This document shows positions 1 to 13,199 of a stretch of DNA of 64,000 bases, in pieces. The position numbers and the translations under genes were made by a program. The notes under the pieces were generated by a model. It had not been told where the DNA came from. It did no database searches and saw only the letters and a list, made by a program, of their open reading frames with translations. The DNA is from Glaucostegus cemiculus (Eukaryota): contig CDPCPM010000026.1 of assembly GCA_976551045.1 (NCBI GenBank), forward strand, positions 14,074,001 through 14,138,000, written 5' to 3'. Positions within the stretch are counted from its first letter, which is position 1. The number at the start of each line of letters is the position of its first letter.

Positions 1-910
1 AATGTAGCATCTATGGAAAAAAAACAATGTTTTGGGTTAATGACCCTAATGCAGAAGCCCAATATATAGGAGGGAAAAGCAGAGCAGTGATAGGTAGACA
101 AAAGAGGGGAGGTAGGGTGTGCACAAGGTGGATGGATGTAAGAGATAGTGATAGGCAGGTGCGGGGGAGGTGGGGAGAGCAGATCCACTGAGGGATGGGT
201 CAAAGGTAAGGACAGAAAAAAAGTGGGATAGAAAAAAGAGAGATAGGCTAAGAAAGGGAAGAAAAGAAGAAGCATGGTTGTGGGGTGGTCTGTGGGGAAT
301 GGGGGTGGGGATTTCTTAAAGTGGGAGAATTCAATGTTCATGCCGTTAGGCTACAAGGTTCCAAGTTGGAAAATGAGGTGTTCCTTCAGTTTGCATTTGA
401 AATTCTCCTAACAATGGATGAGAATTCCCAGTGGAGGAGGCCAGGAGAATTCCAAGCACAAACGGAAGGCACGGCCCCTCATTTTCCATCTTTGAACCTT
501 GCAGCCTAACGGTATGAACATTGAATTCTCCCGCTTTAAGCAATTCCGACACCTATTTCCCCCATCCCCCCAACCATGCTTCTTCTTTTCTTCCCTTTCC
601 TAGCCTCTCTTTTCTACCCCCTTTTTATTTCTCCTTACCTTTGACCCGTGCCCCGGTGGATCTGCTCTCCCCTCCTCCCCCACGCCTACCTATCACTATC
701 TCTTACCTGCATCTACCTATCACCACCTTGTACTCACCCCACCTCCCCTCTTTTGTCCACCTATCACTGCTCTGCTTTACCCTCCTATATATTGGGCTTC
801 CCCTTTTCCCATCTTCAGTCCTAAAGAAGGGTCCTGACCCAAAACAATGACCACCTGCTTTTTTCCATGGATGTTCCCTGGCCTGCTGAGTTCCTCCAGC
901 ATCACAGTGT
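1..910. mobile_element. Penelope-like element 3' ends in inverted (fold-back) arrangement
   Basis: About 54-420 is the reverse complement of about 440-800. The + arm encodes the ORF end LIFHL*TLQPNGMNIEFSRFK, then a pyrimidine-rich UTR, a hammerhead-like motif (816-852) and the tail CCTGGCCTGCTGAGTTCCTCCAGC. Confidence 0.8.
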
Positions 911-934
911 TATTCTTCCTCAGACCTAATTTAT

Positions 935-1305
935 ATAATGTGTTTCACAGGACATCCCAAAGGGTTATGTAGTTAATAAAATACTTTTGAAATTTAGAAA
1001 ATACAATATCAATATGTATTCAGTAATATCATTTGAACAGCAATTAGATAATGATAGATTAATCCATTTGTGAAGTTGATTGAGGGATAAATGGATAGAA
1101 CACTGGCAGAACTTTGCCACTCTGCTTCAAATGGTACTGTGGAACGTTTAAGAGGCACTTAGCTCTTGACCAAAAGAGGGCACGTTCAACAGTCAGCAAT
1201 ACTGTTCTGAGAGGCTCACCTAGATTATGTGCTCATTTGGCTGGAGTGGAACCAGAATGCTCAACTCTCCAAATTAGAAATGAACATGCTACCACTTGAG
1301 CCAAT
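935..1305 (-). mobile_element. Old Deu-domain-type SINE (SacSINE1/AmnSINE-like)
   Basis: Reverse-complement similarity to the copy at 42420-42840 (GGACATCCCAAAG, TTGAGGGATAAAT, CTAGATTATGTGCTCA, GCTACCACTTGAGCCA). Confidence 0.6.
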
Positions 1306-1707
1306 ATTGACACAAACAAAAACACAATATTCTTCAAGTTTTGGTAATGTAACAACAATAAAGACGAATCACTGATGTATTTTAACAGATCTCATTTTTG
1401 TATGTGCTTTCTTTCAATTTGTCTGTTATAAGTTCCCATATCCACATTGATAAAGAAAATCACCTCCATTAATGTGTTTTCCTTTCCAAGACCATACTTT
1501 TGGTGTGGATGCTACTACTCAAGAGTCTAATTATGGTCTTAAATATTAGCATAGAGGTTTTTATTATTAATGTGGGCAAAGGAATTAATTAATACATTTC
1601 AAAAGATTTTGGAGATAGATGTCTTTTCTTGACAATTTTTGGCCAATTCATTGTATGTTTGAGATGGCTACAACAGGTCTTCACCTAAAAGCTCAGTAAA
1701 TGGAATG

Positions 1708-1838
1708 TCACTTGGATGCACTTTGTATTAACTCAATGTAACTGCACTGTGTAATGAATTGACCTGTACGATCGGTTTGTAAGACAAGCTTTTCACTGTA
1801 CCTCGGTACAAGTGACAATAATAAACCAATACCAATAC
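1708..1838 (+). mobile_element. LINE 3' tail (Rex1/L2-type) ending AATAAACCAATACCAATAC
   Basis: Near-identical reverse-complement copy at 19055-19160; polyA signal plus short tandem tail. Confidence 0.65.
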
Positions 1839-3879
1839 TAGAAAATGAAATATACTCTGTCCTTCCTCTCCCGTAAACTGTATTTCCACTCCACATTCTC
1901 AACTAAACAGATTCAACTGCCCCATTCTTCTTTTCTGGCTTCCAGAGTCAAATCCTTATTCCTAACAGTGGTTGAAATGAGATTTCACTCATTTCAACTC
2001 CTTGGGTGCTTCTACTGCCACAGTGGAAATGTTTGAACAACAAATGATACAAGTAACTAAGATTTTTTAGCTGAGTGCTAGGAAAACTCTCTTCTAAGGC
2101 TTCTAAAGTGAGAGGGCCTCCTTTATTTAATTCCTTGCACCTCCACTTCACAAACTTAACTTTTCCTGCCATTTTTCCCATTTTCTGCTCTCTCCAAACA
2201 CTGATAAAGCCATTTGGTTTTCTACCACTCCCATCACTGTCACTTCTCTGTCCCACCAGCTGTCTGGAAAGAAGGTGCCCAGAAGATAGTTATAGAGATG
2301 GACTTGGATACAGTTTAAACCTGCTTTTGATTAGTGATGTTGTTAAATAGAATATTCAGGTAGAGACATATGATGAAGTGACGTCAGATGTTATTTAAAT
2401 TTACTTTTATTTATATATAATTATTATATTTGCCATTTCATTGTTGAACATATTCTCTCCACATCACTTTTTTTAAGAATTCTTAAAAGTAAAATTAGTT
2501 TTGACTATTAGCAAATCTGTAGTAAGATGATTCTGTGCACCTGTTTTGTTAATTGGCTGGTACAACCCACTGGAGTGTTTATTTTCCAGTAAACCAGAGT
2601 CCTCGAACTCTGAGAATTCCAATTTGGAGAATCCAGAACTGGCTGCATTAAGCAACCAAAATGTACCACTCGGAACCGTTTTCAGACATGCATCAGATAC
2701 ATGAGACTGTGTGGATGTGTTTTATCGTTTACTAAAAAACAGGCTTTTATCTTGCTAAACTTGAATATAGAGCATTTATTCAATTCTGTAATTTGGTTAC
2801 ACTCTGTGGCACACTCTTATATTCCATAACATGAAACAAGTAGCACCATAGAGGGGTACAGTTGGCACTAAGGTTCCGACAATGATGCAGTCATAACAGA
2901 GGAGAGGAGCAGCAACATTACATGGGAAGGTCAATGTTAAGGAAGATTCTGTCACATTTCATTGTAATAGAACCATTAAGTTTCCTATGGCATATGAATA
3001 TGTACTGTATAACCATTCTGTTGTACCCATTGTATGATACAAAACTGCACAATTAAATAGCATACAGAATATATGGCTAACTGAACTAGGGGTGGAATGA
3101 CCTGGAGTTGTGTCAGAAAAAGACATCCCTTGCAAAGATGAAGCTGACTGCACTTCTGCCCAATTTCCACATATCTATATCTTGGTGAATCTGGACAGGG
3201 TGATATGAATGTGATTGCTCAAATTCAGTCACAATGAGGTGACCAAGCACCCTAAATTCTCATATATCCCTTCAGCTCTGCAACTCTTACAATCCTATCA
3301 CAGTTGCTTGAATATTTTTTTATTAACCATGTGTGATCTTGTGAAAATAAATTATGATTTCAGAGTATCATCATTTAATATTTCTGAGGGTGCTTTGTTA
3401 CTCTCTTAAACCTATCCTTTTTACACACAGTGTATTTATGCAACATAGAAGAACTAAAGTAAATCTTAGCTCTCATTTTTCAATTTTGTAGATATTTTTC
3501 TATTCCTTTTCAGCATCCAACTGACTCATCAAAAGGTAAGAATTGTTAAACATGTATTCCAGAATTTATTTTAATAAATGTAATCTCCTCATTGACTTAG
3601 TTTACATGGCCCTTCCTTCCCAATGTATGTTCACCCACTGGGCCAGATTATCAATTCCTCTGCTCTCAAGAGTCCTCCCCCATTTTGGCCTTTACCTCTT
3701 TCCCTGTTTCTAAGTTTGATTCTCCCAGCTATGAGGTTGTCTGTGTGGACCCTCTAACTGACTGCCTTTTGTTTTTGTTTCATGTCCAGGTGTCTTGCCT
3801 CTAAAGTAGAAGTTTGCATTTGACACAGCTTGTTTTTCATTTATTCATGTTTCTGGACAATATTTGCAAAATCCATCTG

Positions 3880-4330
3880 TACGTGTCCTGTGAAGGTGGT
3901 GATGGGCTGCTTTCTATTGTTGTGCTGATGCTGCTTCTACAATGGTGCAGGGTGAGAATTTTCAGGATATTAACCAAAAATATAATAAATGAGTGGCAAT
4001 AACAGCATAATTCTGAATGGTGTGATTCTTGGTGGGTAGTACTATTTTCTCCTCAGTAGAGTTTTCAGGGACAGATATCCTGATTAAATATCCATGGTGG
4101 GTTTCTCGAGTGTTTCCTGTGGATTATACCCAGTGCAGCCACAGTACTTGTGATAGAGGTGTTAGTTCGTGAATCCAGTGGCAAGAGCAAACTATTCTGT
4201 CCTGTAGGATGTTTATTCTTCAGAGTGATATTGTGCCTACAGGGAGGGAACTGATGGTGTGGTTATTGAAGGTTCAAACTATCGCATTTATTATGAATAG
4301 AACATTTCTGGTGATCTACTATGTTATCAT
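3880..4330 (-). mobile_element. Decayed CR1/L2-superfamily LINE 3' fragment
   Basis: TGAAGGTGGTGATGGGCTGC...GGGTGAGAATTTTCAGGAT pattern resembles elasmobranch LINE 3' regions; highly diverged. Confidence 0.4.
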
Positions 4331-4569
4331 GCAGATGCCAGCTGCACTGTAACAGCTCACCTTGTGTAAAGCAGAGCATGTGGACAAGAGGACTTCAGGT
4401 TTGACTGCTGAACTATGCTGAATTAGGTGATCTCAACTGAGGAAACCACATAACTGGGATAATATTTATCAAAGAGTTAGGTTCGGTCTATGTGAAGGAG
4501 AAAGGTATCAATGTGGTGGTAAGTCTTCAATTAATTTTAAAGGAAATTAAGGATTTTAAAATAAGTAAA

Positions 4570-4978
4570 TGTCATGATTCTGAGTACTGGCCCTTGATTT
4601 GGCTCCTTGGATGCCTCATTGTATAGCACATGGATTCCATGCTGGACCGATTGCACAATGACACACACCTGAGCCCCATCAGAGGCCTAGCATAAGTACC
4701 TGGGTTTCTCTAGCACTAGTTGCCAGAGGATTGGTCAACCTTGAAGATTTAGTTTGGTTCCTAGCTGCTTAGAGTGGTCTACTCCAGAGCAGTCCTGTGT
4801 TCTCTAGTCCTGCTTGAAGATTCAGTTTGTGTTGGGATTACTACTCAGATCTCTGAGGCAAGATTTCCTTCCAGTGTTGCCTGTGTCTGGTCCTGAGGAA
4901 GTATCCTGACTCCAGTCTTGTACCAGTGTGCTGTATTTGGGTTCTCTGTGATCTTGCTCTTCAATCAACATTGTGACA
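4570..4978. mobile_element. Solo LTR (probably Ty3/Gypsy) with 5-bp target-site duplication GTAAA
   Basis: Starts TGTCATGA at 4570 and ends TGTGACA at 4978. GTAAA at 4565-4569 and 4979-4983. 409 bp, no coding content. Confidence 0.8.
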
Positions 4979-7082
4979 GTAAAGGGAAAGTATTAAAGCA
5001 GTTAGTTAAACTAAAGAGGCAACAGTTACATCAGAGGATCATGGGATAGAATTTTGGAGGACCCTTACTCCAAAGCACCCATGGTAATGACAAGAACAGA
5101 AGAAACTCTACACAATAATATCTCTTTGTGAAAACAGTTTCAAATATGATAGCATTGTAATGTATTTGGAAAGCACATCACATTGATAATAATATAGTTT
5201 TGCTTAATTTTTACATATTATTTCTTGCTGCCTTGTCTTCAGCCTCACCATCACCTTCAGTCTATTTGCCTGTCTGCCTGTTTTCCACATTTTCCTGTTT
5301 ATCCCTACTCAGGTTATTTTTTTGACCATAGTGTTCCTCTCCCAGTTATGTTTATCTTTTACCCCTTTCATTCTGGAAAGAAAGTGCAGCTTTAAAAGAC
5401 TGTAAATACATTAAATATTCTTTTCACTGATTAAATAGTGCATCACTTTTAAATGAATACTATTCTTAAGACCAGCAAAAGTCCTTGTGGTTAGTGATGT
5501 GAGTTGACAATTGTTTTGAGATTGGCTTTCCCTGTGAATTTCCTGGGCATAATACATAAATATACGGGTGCATAATAGATAAATATATGGGTGAATTCTC
5601 TTTCATTAGCAAACTTGGCTTAACTTGGCAGCCCTTATGAGGTCATTGAACTCATGCTACATCTTTGGACTGGTAGTGATTGCTTCATCAATCTCCTGTC
5701 ACCTAGGCTGAAACATCTTTTTATTTGTTCTACTACCCTTAGTCCAAAGGGGACATTTCTTCCTGGTCTTATTCTATGAGAAAAGCAGCCAATAATGCAC
5801 TGGAGAATCTGGAAGCCTTTCCTATGTGTATGGACAGCAATGATGTAATGTTGCTGGTCTTTTGGACATTAATCATACTTTCTAAAAAGACACCCCTGTT
5901 TTAATTAACACCAGTGCTGTAAATACTTCAGTGTTGTCTTCTTAATAGAGGGGTGGTATGACTAATCCTACCTCACCCCATATTAATGTTCCTGGAGGAA
6001 AACCAAATGGATTAGTTGTAGAATCACATGAATAGGCAAAATTCCTCCTTCACTAACAATCTGAGAAAAATACAGTTCATTGCATATGTCACAGTTAATG
6101 CTTCTATATCAAAAAATGAATGGAAAATAATCACAAACAGAGTTCTCCTAACCTTGAGTTTTAGGAGGGTTCAAATTTCTTCTTCCCCATTTCCACCCTG
6201 ACTCCCTGCAGCCATCATGTGAAGTACATAGTCAGCAAATTGTGAGAGTATGGTGTGCTCTCCTCCACAGTCATTCGCTCTTGGATAATGCATTTTATTT
6301 TTTCCACTCTGCAGATATAAAATTCACATATGTTTGACCCTAAGAGCATCAGCACACAAATATTTCTATTTGGCAGCATGTTTGATGGTTGTCCCTTGCA
6401 AGATTTATGTGAGACATTGGAATTGTATTTTTGTGGCAGGAACAAAGTATGCCCTGCAGGAACTTAGGTATACATGTGCCAAACAGCTGAAATGGTTCTT
6501 TCTATACTGACACAGTGAAGTAGCACCAAGCAAAGTGTGAATTCTTATCAGTGTTAGATGTAAGGCCTTGTATTAAAATTAAGTCAACTTGACAATCATT
6601 AAGGGCGCAGAAAATCTATTTGAACTGGCACCTGTCACCTTTGGATGTGGGAGACTTTGCTACCCACTTGGTCATATTTAGGCTCTGTGACTTGTGCTGC
6701 TGACTGGAGGCTGATACTTTATTTTAAAGAGGGAACCTGATTTGCAGTGCAGCTCTATATAACACTTAGAGAGCTGCACCCTCAAGATGGCAATCCTTCT
6801 CCTCTCTGGGCTCGCTGCCATCCGAAATATGGTCAAGAAAACTTTAAATGAAATGCTGCTTCTCATTTTTAATTGCAAGATGAAGTTGTTTAAGAATTGT
6901 TCACTCCATGAACACCATCCACAGCCAAGCAGGCAACTGGAAATCCTTTAAGCTTACATGGTCCTCATGCAGAAAGCTTTCAGTGATTTGCAGTCCAACC
7001 ACCGATTTTGGGATTGCAAAATCAAAAGGTCTGTTGGTGTTACTGAAGAAGTTTAAAATCTAATATTTCTTCACATCTCAAA

Positions 7083-7340
7083 ATAGAACTATAGAACCAT
7101 AGAAAACTACAGCACAGAAAACAGGCCATTCAGCTCTTCTAGTCTGTGCTGAAACATTATTCTGCTAATCCCATTTACCTGCACCCAGGCCATAACCCTC
7201 CAAACCTCTCTTGTCCATGTATCTATCCAATTTACTCTTAAAAGTTAAGAGTGAGCCCGCATTTACCACATCAGATGGCAGCCCATTACACACTCCCATC
7301 ACTCTTTGAGTGAAGAAGTTCCCCCTAGTGTTCCCCCATC
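7083..7340 (-). mobile_element. CR1 LINE 3' fragment
   Basis: ATAGAACTATAGAACCATAGAA tandem tail followed by typical reverse-complemented CR1 3' sequence. Confidence 0.75.
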
Positions 7341-7529
7341 ATCATATTTTATCCCAAAGGTAGGACTCCTTTTCTTCCTTGTTTCGTGACTTGTGACTTG
7401 ATAACAGAGTTAAGCTAAGCAATGAGAGAATCAGAAGCACACTGGCTGTCTGGCTGCTTGGCAGGTCCCACCACCTTACCATTAACAACTCATTACACAG
7501 ATCAAGAAATTTAATGTGCTGAGAACTCC

Positions 7530-7697
7530 TGATATTTAGCCATTTTGACTCATTCTATCACAGACACTTCCTTTATTCTACACATTCCTCCCCCCAACTT
7601 CTCTCCTTACTAAAAGGTAATTTACCTCTCTCTTTCCTAGTTCTGGTGAAGGGTAACACAGACCTGACATGTTGACTCTTTCTCTTTCCACAGATTT
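7530..7697 (+). mobile_element. Penelope-like 3' tail with degenerate hammerhead motif
   Basis: TTCTGGTGAAGGGTAACACAGACCTGACATGTTGACTC...CCACAGAT is homologous to 816-880. Confidence 0.55.
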
Positions 7698-8820
7698 AAT
7701 GGGATCAACCTGATAGACAATTATAGTGAGCAAAGTGGGCCTAAAGATTCTAATGATCCTTGAATTTTTATTTAGCTATCTCATTTGGCATCCGACATGG
7801 TTATGATGAACTGAATGCCCTCCCTGAACCCCTTAAATGTCAATGATTATGTGATATCTTTGATTCTATGAACATTGGTATATTGGATCTCTGACTTTAT
7901 GCTGGCAAATACCATTTAATTTTTTATTATCTTGCTCATTTTATGAGCCTAGATGAGACTATCAGTAAACAATTTTACAGGAAAGAGGGATGAACATGAG
8001 ATTGGCTATTGTTAAATTTCTCATATTTTTTTTAGCCAGTTCTGGATTTTGAAATTTGTTGTTGTACAGGATATGTCTGGCATATCTGAGTCTTGAGCAA
8101 CTCAAAAGAGTTTGCTGGGGCCCCTCAGTACCATAGGTTCCAAAATCTATCTTGTGGAGTTGGTAGGAAGAGGAAGAACAAGTGTAGATAGGTTGCAGCT
8201 TCCCCTCGAACCCCCTGCGCACTTGATGCAGTTACTCCATCTTCAGTCATGGTTATCCTGGCATTTGTGATGCTGGAACTGAGTTGGGTTTGGGACAAAA
8301 AGGACTTATCACATCTGGGGAAAGGTGATCAATCCAGTGGACTTCCTTTGCTTAATTTAGTGTTCTTCAAATGAAATAAGACTTGGTTACATTACCTGCT
8401 TTGGGGCTCAGTGGGAGAGCAGGCTGGTAAATTCTTCCTGTGTTGTACAAAGACTCAGCAGTCTGATTGGGTGCATTTCTACAGTAACATGAATCTAAGT
8501 TGCATGCCCCTTTTAACATACTCTAAGAGCTCAGTCAGTCGTGCCTGTGTATGAGGTTTACAATTCCCTGCCAGGCTTTCCTCTCCAACTGTCTGTATGG
8601 TGGATTCTTTGCTGTAGTTTCCTGGTCTTTTCTGATTGATCTCAAGCACCAATGGTGAAACAGAGACAAGGGGAGGTGGGATTGCCACCAGCCTGTAAAT
8701 ACAGTTTTAAATGAATAGTTTAGTTTTCAGAACTAAGCTAAATGCCTGATTCTCGAAGTGATCACACCTGAGAATTTATTCATTCAGCTGGCTGTGGGAT
8801 TCTTCAGACTTCAAGCCCTT

Positions 8821-8862
8821 ACTACTACTACTACTACTACTACTACTACAACAACAACTACA
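8821..8862. repeat. (ACT)n(ACA)n microsatellite, probably a SINE/L2 tail
   Basis: Seen directly; followed by CATTTATATAGCTCCTTTAA, a typical reverse-complemented L2/Deu-SINE 3' end. Confidence 0.9.
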
Positions 8863-9399
8863 AGAACATCAAATTCCATTTATATAGCTCCTTTAATGGC
8901 TCAGGGCAGCTGTGGATTGTATCCGGGTATGCCAAGAGACTCCATTTCCTGTATTTTTTTAACATTCTGATTCCATGTGGTATTGGTAACTTGTGATCTC
9001 CTCCCCTCCTGCTTTCCACATGTTTGGCATCCTCAATCAGCAGGTATTGATTTAAAACAGGCAGTGCACAGGCCACCATTTATTGACTGAGGACATCCCT
9101 GCAGCTCTTTTTGTGAGATGGAGAAGTGAGAAAGGCAAGAGAGACCCTGTACCCAGAGTTCATCAAGAAGTCACTGAAACCCTACTATTTTCATAAATCA
9201 CAGGAGACCCTCAGGACAAATTCTCAAAAAGTCAGGCAAGATAAGGTAGGTTAAATCTGTTAAACTTCTCCACTGGGTGGCAATCTCCAGGTGTCCCTTT
9301 AATATCACCTCTTATGGTAGACCAATGCCAGGACAAACTGACTGAGGCATTTTCCTGTGAGAAGCATGGATAGTGAACCTAACACTAATTTCAGCTGCA

Positions 9400-9530
9400 C
9401 TCCATGGAAGCCTGCTTGGCTGATGATTCTCCTCCAGTCCAGCCGATTACATGTAAGCTGCCAGCCATGCTGAATCTTTTGATGCTTTTTATACATAAGT
9501 AAGAAGCGTGCTTGAGTCCTCTTTAATCAG
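9400..9530 (-). mobile_element. RTE-clade LINE 3' fragment
   Basis: Minus ORF 9305..9496 contains WQLTCNRLDWRRII, resembling the RTE C-terminal WExLAxDRxxWRxxI motif. Confidence 0.45.
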
Positions 9531-10652
9531 TCATGGGATTTGGTCCAGCAATTATTGTCCATCCCTAGTTTCTGTTGACAGTGTCCAGCCTTACTTCTCT
9601 ATTTATTTTTTATATTTTCTTACATTTATGAAAACAAAAATATGATAAGTAAGGCTGGTCACCGTCACTGGCAAATAGGAGTGAGTAATAAAGGCCGCCA
9701 TTACATGTGGAAAAAGTGTGCCAGGGATGGTGGAGCAATGGTGATTTGGACTTGGTGCTCAGAGCTGTGTGACTTGATGCTGGTGGTGTTTCCTGTGCCC
9801 AATTTCTTATTAAAAATCCAATTTGTAGACCTTTGAGTGGAATTTACCATTATAGATTTAGCCTATGTTGATCTCATTATTTTTATAACTGTTGGTTAGA
9901 CATTAAAAAAAAGATAATGCTCATGACAAAGAATTAGTGATTGTGATATGTGCATTCCATGTTTGTTAGCACCAGTACTAAAGAAGGAGGGAAATTTTCA
10001 TTGGGATGGGCTCTGACTAAGCTGAGCTTGGATCAACATTCTGACAAATAATTACAGGTATAAATGGGTTTTGAGAACATTTGGGGGAAGTTTTAGCTGA
10101 AGAGAAAGCCATGACTTGAAAGAAAAGTATCAAGGTTCATGAGCAGCCTAACAATTGGGGTAATAACCAGGAAATTCAGTCGCTTTGAAATTTGTCTGTG
10201 ACTCAAAGCACTAATTATGCTGTAGTCTAACACTGACTGTTTGTATTCTGCCTCCAAAATTCACTTCATTAACTTCATGGTTAATGAAAATTAGAGGCAA
10301 AGCATAAAGTGTTGACACTACCATGCAGCATAGTCAGTGTTGCTGAGCATGGATGGATTTCCAGGCAGCTGTAACTGGATGTCAATAAATATGATTAAAT
10401 GTAAAAATTGGTTAAAAAGTTAAAATTAAAGCCAATCTATCCAAACTTATGAAACAGTTGTACAAAGACAAAAATCTTAACAGCACAAGTAAACATAAAT
10501 AGGTTTGATCTAATATTTTTAGCTGCATGCTGATCAAAATTAGAAATGAAATAATCCAGGGTATTTACTTGTTGGAGATGATCATTGAAGATCATTGCTT
10601 GGCACTTTTTTGTTGAGAAAATTGCATTATAAATGAATAGCTCATCCAACAA

Positions 10653-10895
10653 GGAGGCACAATAGCATAGCGGTTAGCGCGACACTGTTACAGTGCCAGC
10701 GATCGGGGTTCAATTCCCGTCGCTGACTGTAAGGAGTTTGTACGTTCTCCCATGTCTGCGTGGGTTTCCTCCGGGTGCTCCGGTTTCCTCCCACATTCTA
10801 AAGACTTACGGGTAGGTTAATTTGGGGGTTTAAAATGGGAGACGTGGACTCATTGGGCCGAAAGGGCCTGTTACCATGCTGTAAATAAATTTATA
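10653..10895 (+). mobile_element. Relatively young tRNA-derived V-SINE (HE1-like)
   Basis: A box TAGCATAGCGG, B box GGTTCAATTCC, V-domain GGGTTTCCTCCGGGTGCTCCGGTTTCCTCCCACA, CR1-like tail GGGCCGAAAGGGCCTGTT; CpGs retained. Confidence 0.85.
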
Positions 10896-11226
10896 ATTTA
10901 TAAGTTAACATTTCTAAAGCATGGACAAATAAAAAAAGGAATAGGAGGGTGGGGTGTAGCTTTGATAAGAAAGGATCACATAGAGACAATAGTAAGGAAG
11001 AATATTGACTCAGAGGATCAGGAATAAAATGTATAAGAGTGGAGATAAGAGATGAGAAACACAGCAATCATAAAATACTGATGGAAGTAATGTACAGGCC
11101 CCTTAACAGCAGTTAAGCTAAAGGACAGATCACTAATTTTAAAAAAATGAAAGGCGCTTGTCGCAAAAGTAATGCAATAATTGTAGGGAATTTTATATAG
11201 ACAGGATAAATCAAACTGGCAAAAGT

Positions 11227-11680
11227 AGTCATGGAGTCATACAGCATGGAAACAGACCATTCGCCCACCATGTCCACACCAACCAGTGGACACCCATCTA
11301 TATCAATCTCATTTTCAAGCACTTGGCCTGTGACCTTCTGTGCCGACACGATTCAAGTGCTTGATTCTAGGTTCTTCTTCAATGTGTCAGCAACTCTGCT
11401 TCGACCACTCTCTCAAGCAGTGTATTCCAGGTACTCACCACTCTCTGGATGAAAAAACGTCTCCCTCAGATCCCCCCTAAACCTAAATCCTAAATCTATG
11501 TCCTCTAGTTTTATCCAGCTCTGATTTCCGGAAAAGTATCCTGCAGTGAACCCTATCTTTAACTCTCAGAATTCTATATAACTCAGTCATGTCCCCTCCT
11601 AACTTCCTTCACTCCAGGGAAAATAGACCCAGCCTCTCCAGCCTCTCCTCAGAACTGAAACCATCCCAGTTAACATCCAG
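11227..11680 (-). mobile_element. CR1 3' fragment nested in the older CR1
   Basis: GTCATGGAGTCATACAGCATGGAAACAG tail and reverse-complemented CR1 3' sequence interrupting the endonuclease region. Confidence 0.75.
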
Positions 11681-12674
11681 TAGGTTGGAGGAAGATTTTG
11701 TAGAATGCATTAAAGGCAATTTCCTGGCACATTACATCATGAAACTAACCAGCAACATGCTATTTTAGACTGCATCCTGCTAATGATTCAGAATTAATCA
11801 GAAATTTCAGAAAGGTATTCCTTTGCAAGCTGGTTGGCTAAAATGTATGGGGAAATTAAATTAAAATTTATAACGGTAAATAAAATGGTCAACCTTTCAA
11901 GGACTATTTCATAATTCCCAATGAGAAATAAAACAAAACTCCATGGCTATTTTAACAAATTGTGGTTTTAAAATAATGGAATTGATTTATAATGTGCCCC
12001 AATAAGAGGACAGCTTTAAAAAACAGAAAAAAGATAAAAAAGAAAATGAGAACAAAACAGCAAGCTATATATAAATATAACTTCACCCTATGCACTTAAA
12101 GGAAGAAAATAGCAAATATAAACACGTGCCCCTCAGAGGCAGAGGCTGGAGAAAGTACAATACAGAATGAGGAACTGCACGGGACTTTCTCCAAATCAAA
12201 AGTGCAACTATGGAAATACGCACACCTATGCTATGCCCATCTCTTTGATGTGTGGGGAATAACTGCTTGTTTTAGTCCTCGTCAGGCTGCCCCCCTCATT
12301 TATTTTTCCTGTACATTGATGACTATATTGTTCCTGCCTGTTACTCTCATACACAACTAGAAAGTTTTGTCACCTTTGCTGTCAGGAGTCACCTTGCTCT
12401 CACATTCACAAAGTATATTTCCCTTTGTTGTTTTCTCTATCTCAGAGAACACATTAACATATCCATTAAAGGTCCATGGACTAACTTGACTACAGAGTTA
12501 TCCTCTCTGGAGTCCATTCGGTTTCCCAGTTTTTCCCGTTTTGTCATATCCGTTCTAATGATGACACCTTCCACACCAAAGCTTCTGGAATATCTTCCTT
12601 TCTCATCAACCATGGTTCTACCCCCACCCTCCCACCCCCAGTACAGTCAGTGGAGCTCCCAACCATGTTCATTC

Positions 12675-12860
12675 CATTTCTGGGTGCCCCGGTTTCCTCC
12701 CACATTCCAAAGATGTATAGGTTAGGAAGTTGTGGGCAAGCTATGTTGCCGCCAGAAGTGTGGTGACACTTGTGGGCTGCCCTCAGAACACTCTACACGA
12801 AAGATGCATTTCACTGTGTGTTTTGATGTACATGTGACTAATAAAGATACACTGTATCTT
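12675..12860 (+). mobile_element. V-SINE 3' part nested in the Penelope relic
   Basis: CTGGGTGCCCCGGTTTCCTCCCACATTCCAAAGA V-domain and tail GTACATGTGACTAATAAAGAT. Confidence 0.75.
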
Positions 12861-13199
12861 ATTTATTTCCTGCATTTTTGTTCTTACACTTTCTCTTCCA
12901 AGCATATGGTTCCCCTTGCCCTTACCGTCTACCCACCAGCATCCACATTCAACAGATCAGCCTCTGTAATTCAGCCACCTTGTGAGACCTCCATCAAACC
13001 CATCTTCCTCTTTCTTTTCAGCATTCTGAAGGGACTATTCATGTCACAACAATGCACTTCACTCTTCCACCTCCACCATCACCCCCTCCCCTTTTGACAA
13101 CATTTTCTGCAGGATATGCAACATCTGCCAAATAAAATGTTCTCCTCTTGCCATTCAACAACCCAAACATTCACTGCAGATGAAACAGCAATTCACTGA

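Noticed and set aside
816-852. Active hammerhead ribozyme
   Set aside because: Core reads CUAAAGA and AAAAC instead of CUGANGA and GAAAC, and the cleavage triplet is altered.
8758-8970. Poly-threonine ORF
   Set aside because: Translation of the (ACT)n(ACA)n microsatellite.
10655-10730. tRNA gene
   Set aside because: A and B boxes are present but continue into a V-domain and LINE-like tail, so this is a SINE head.
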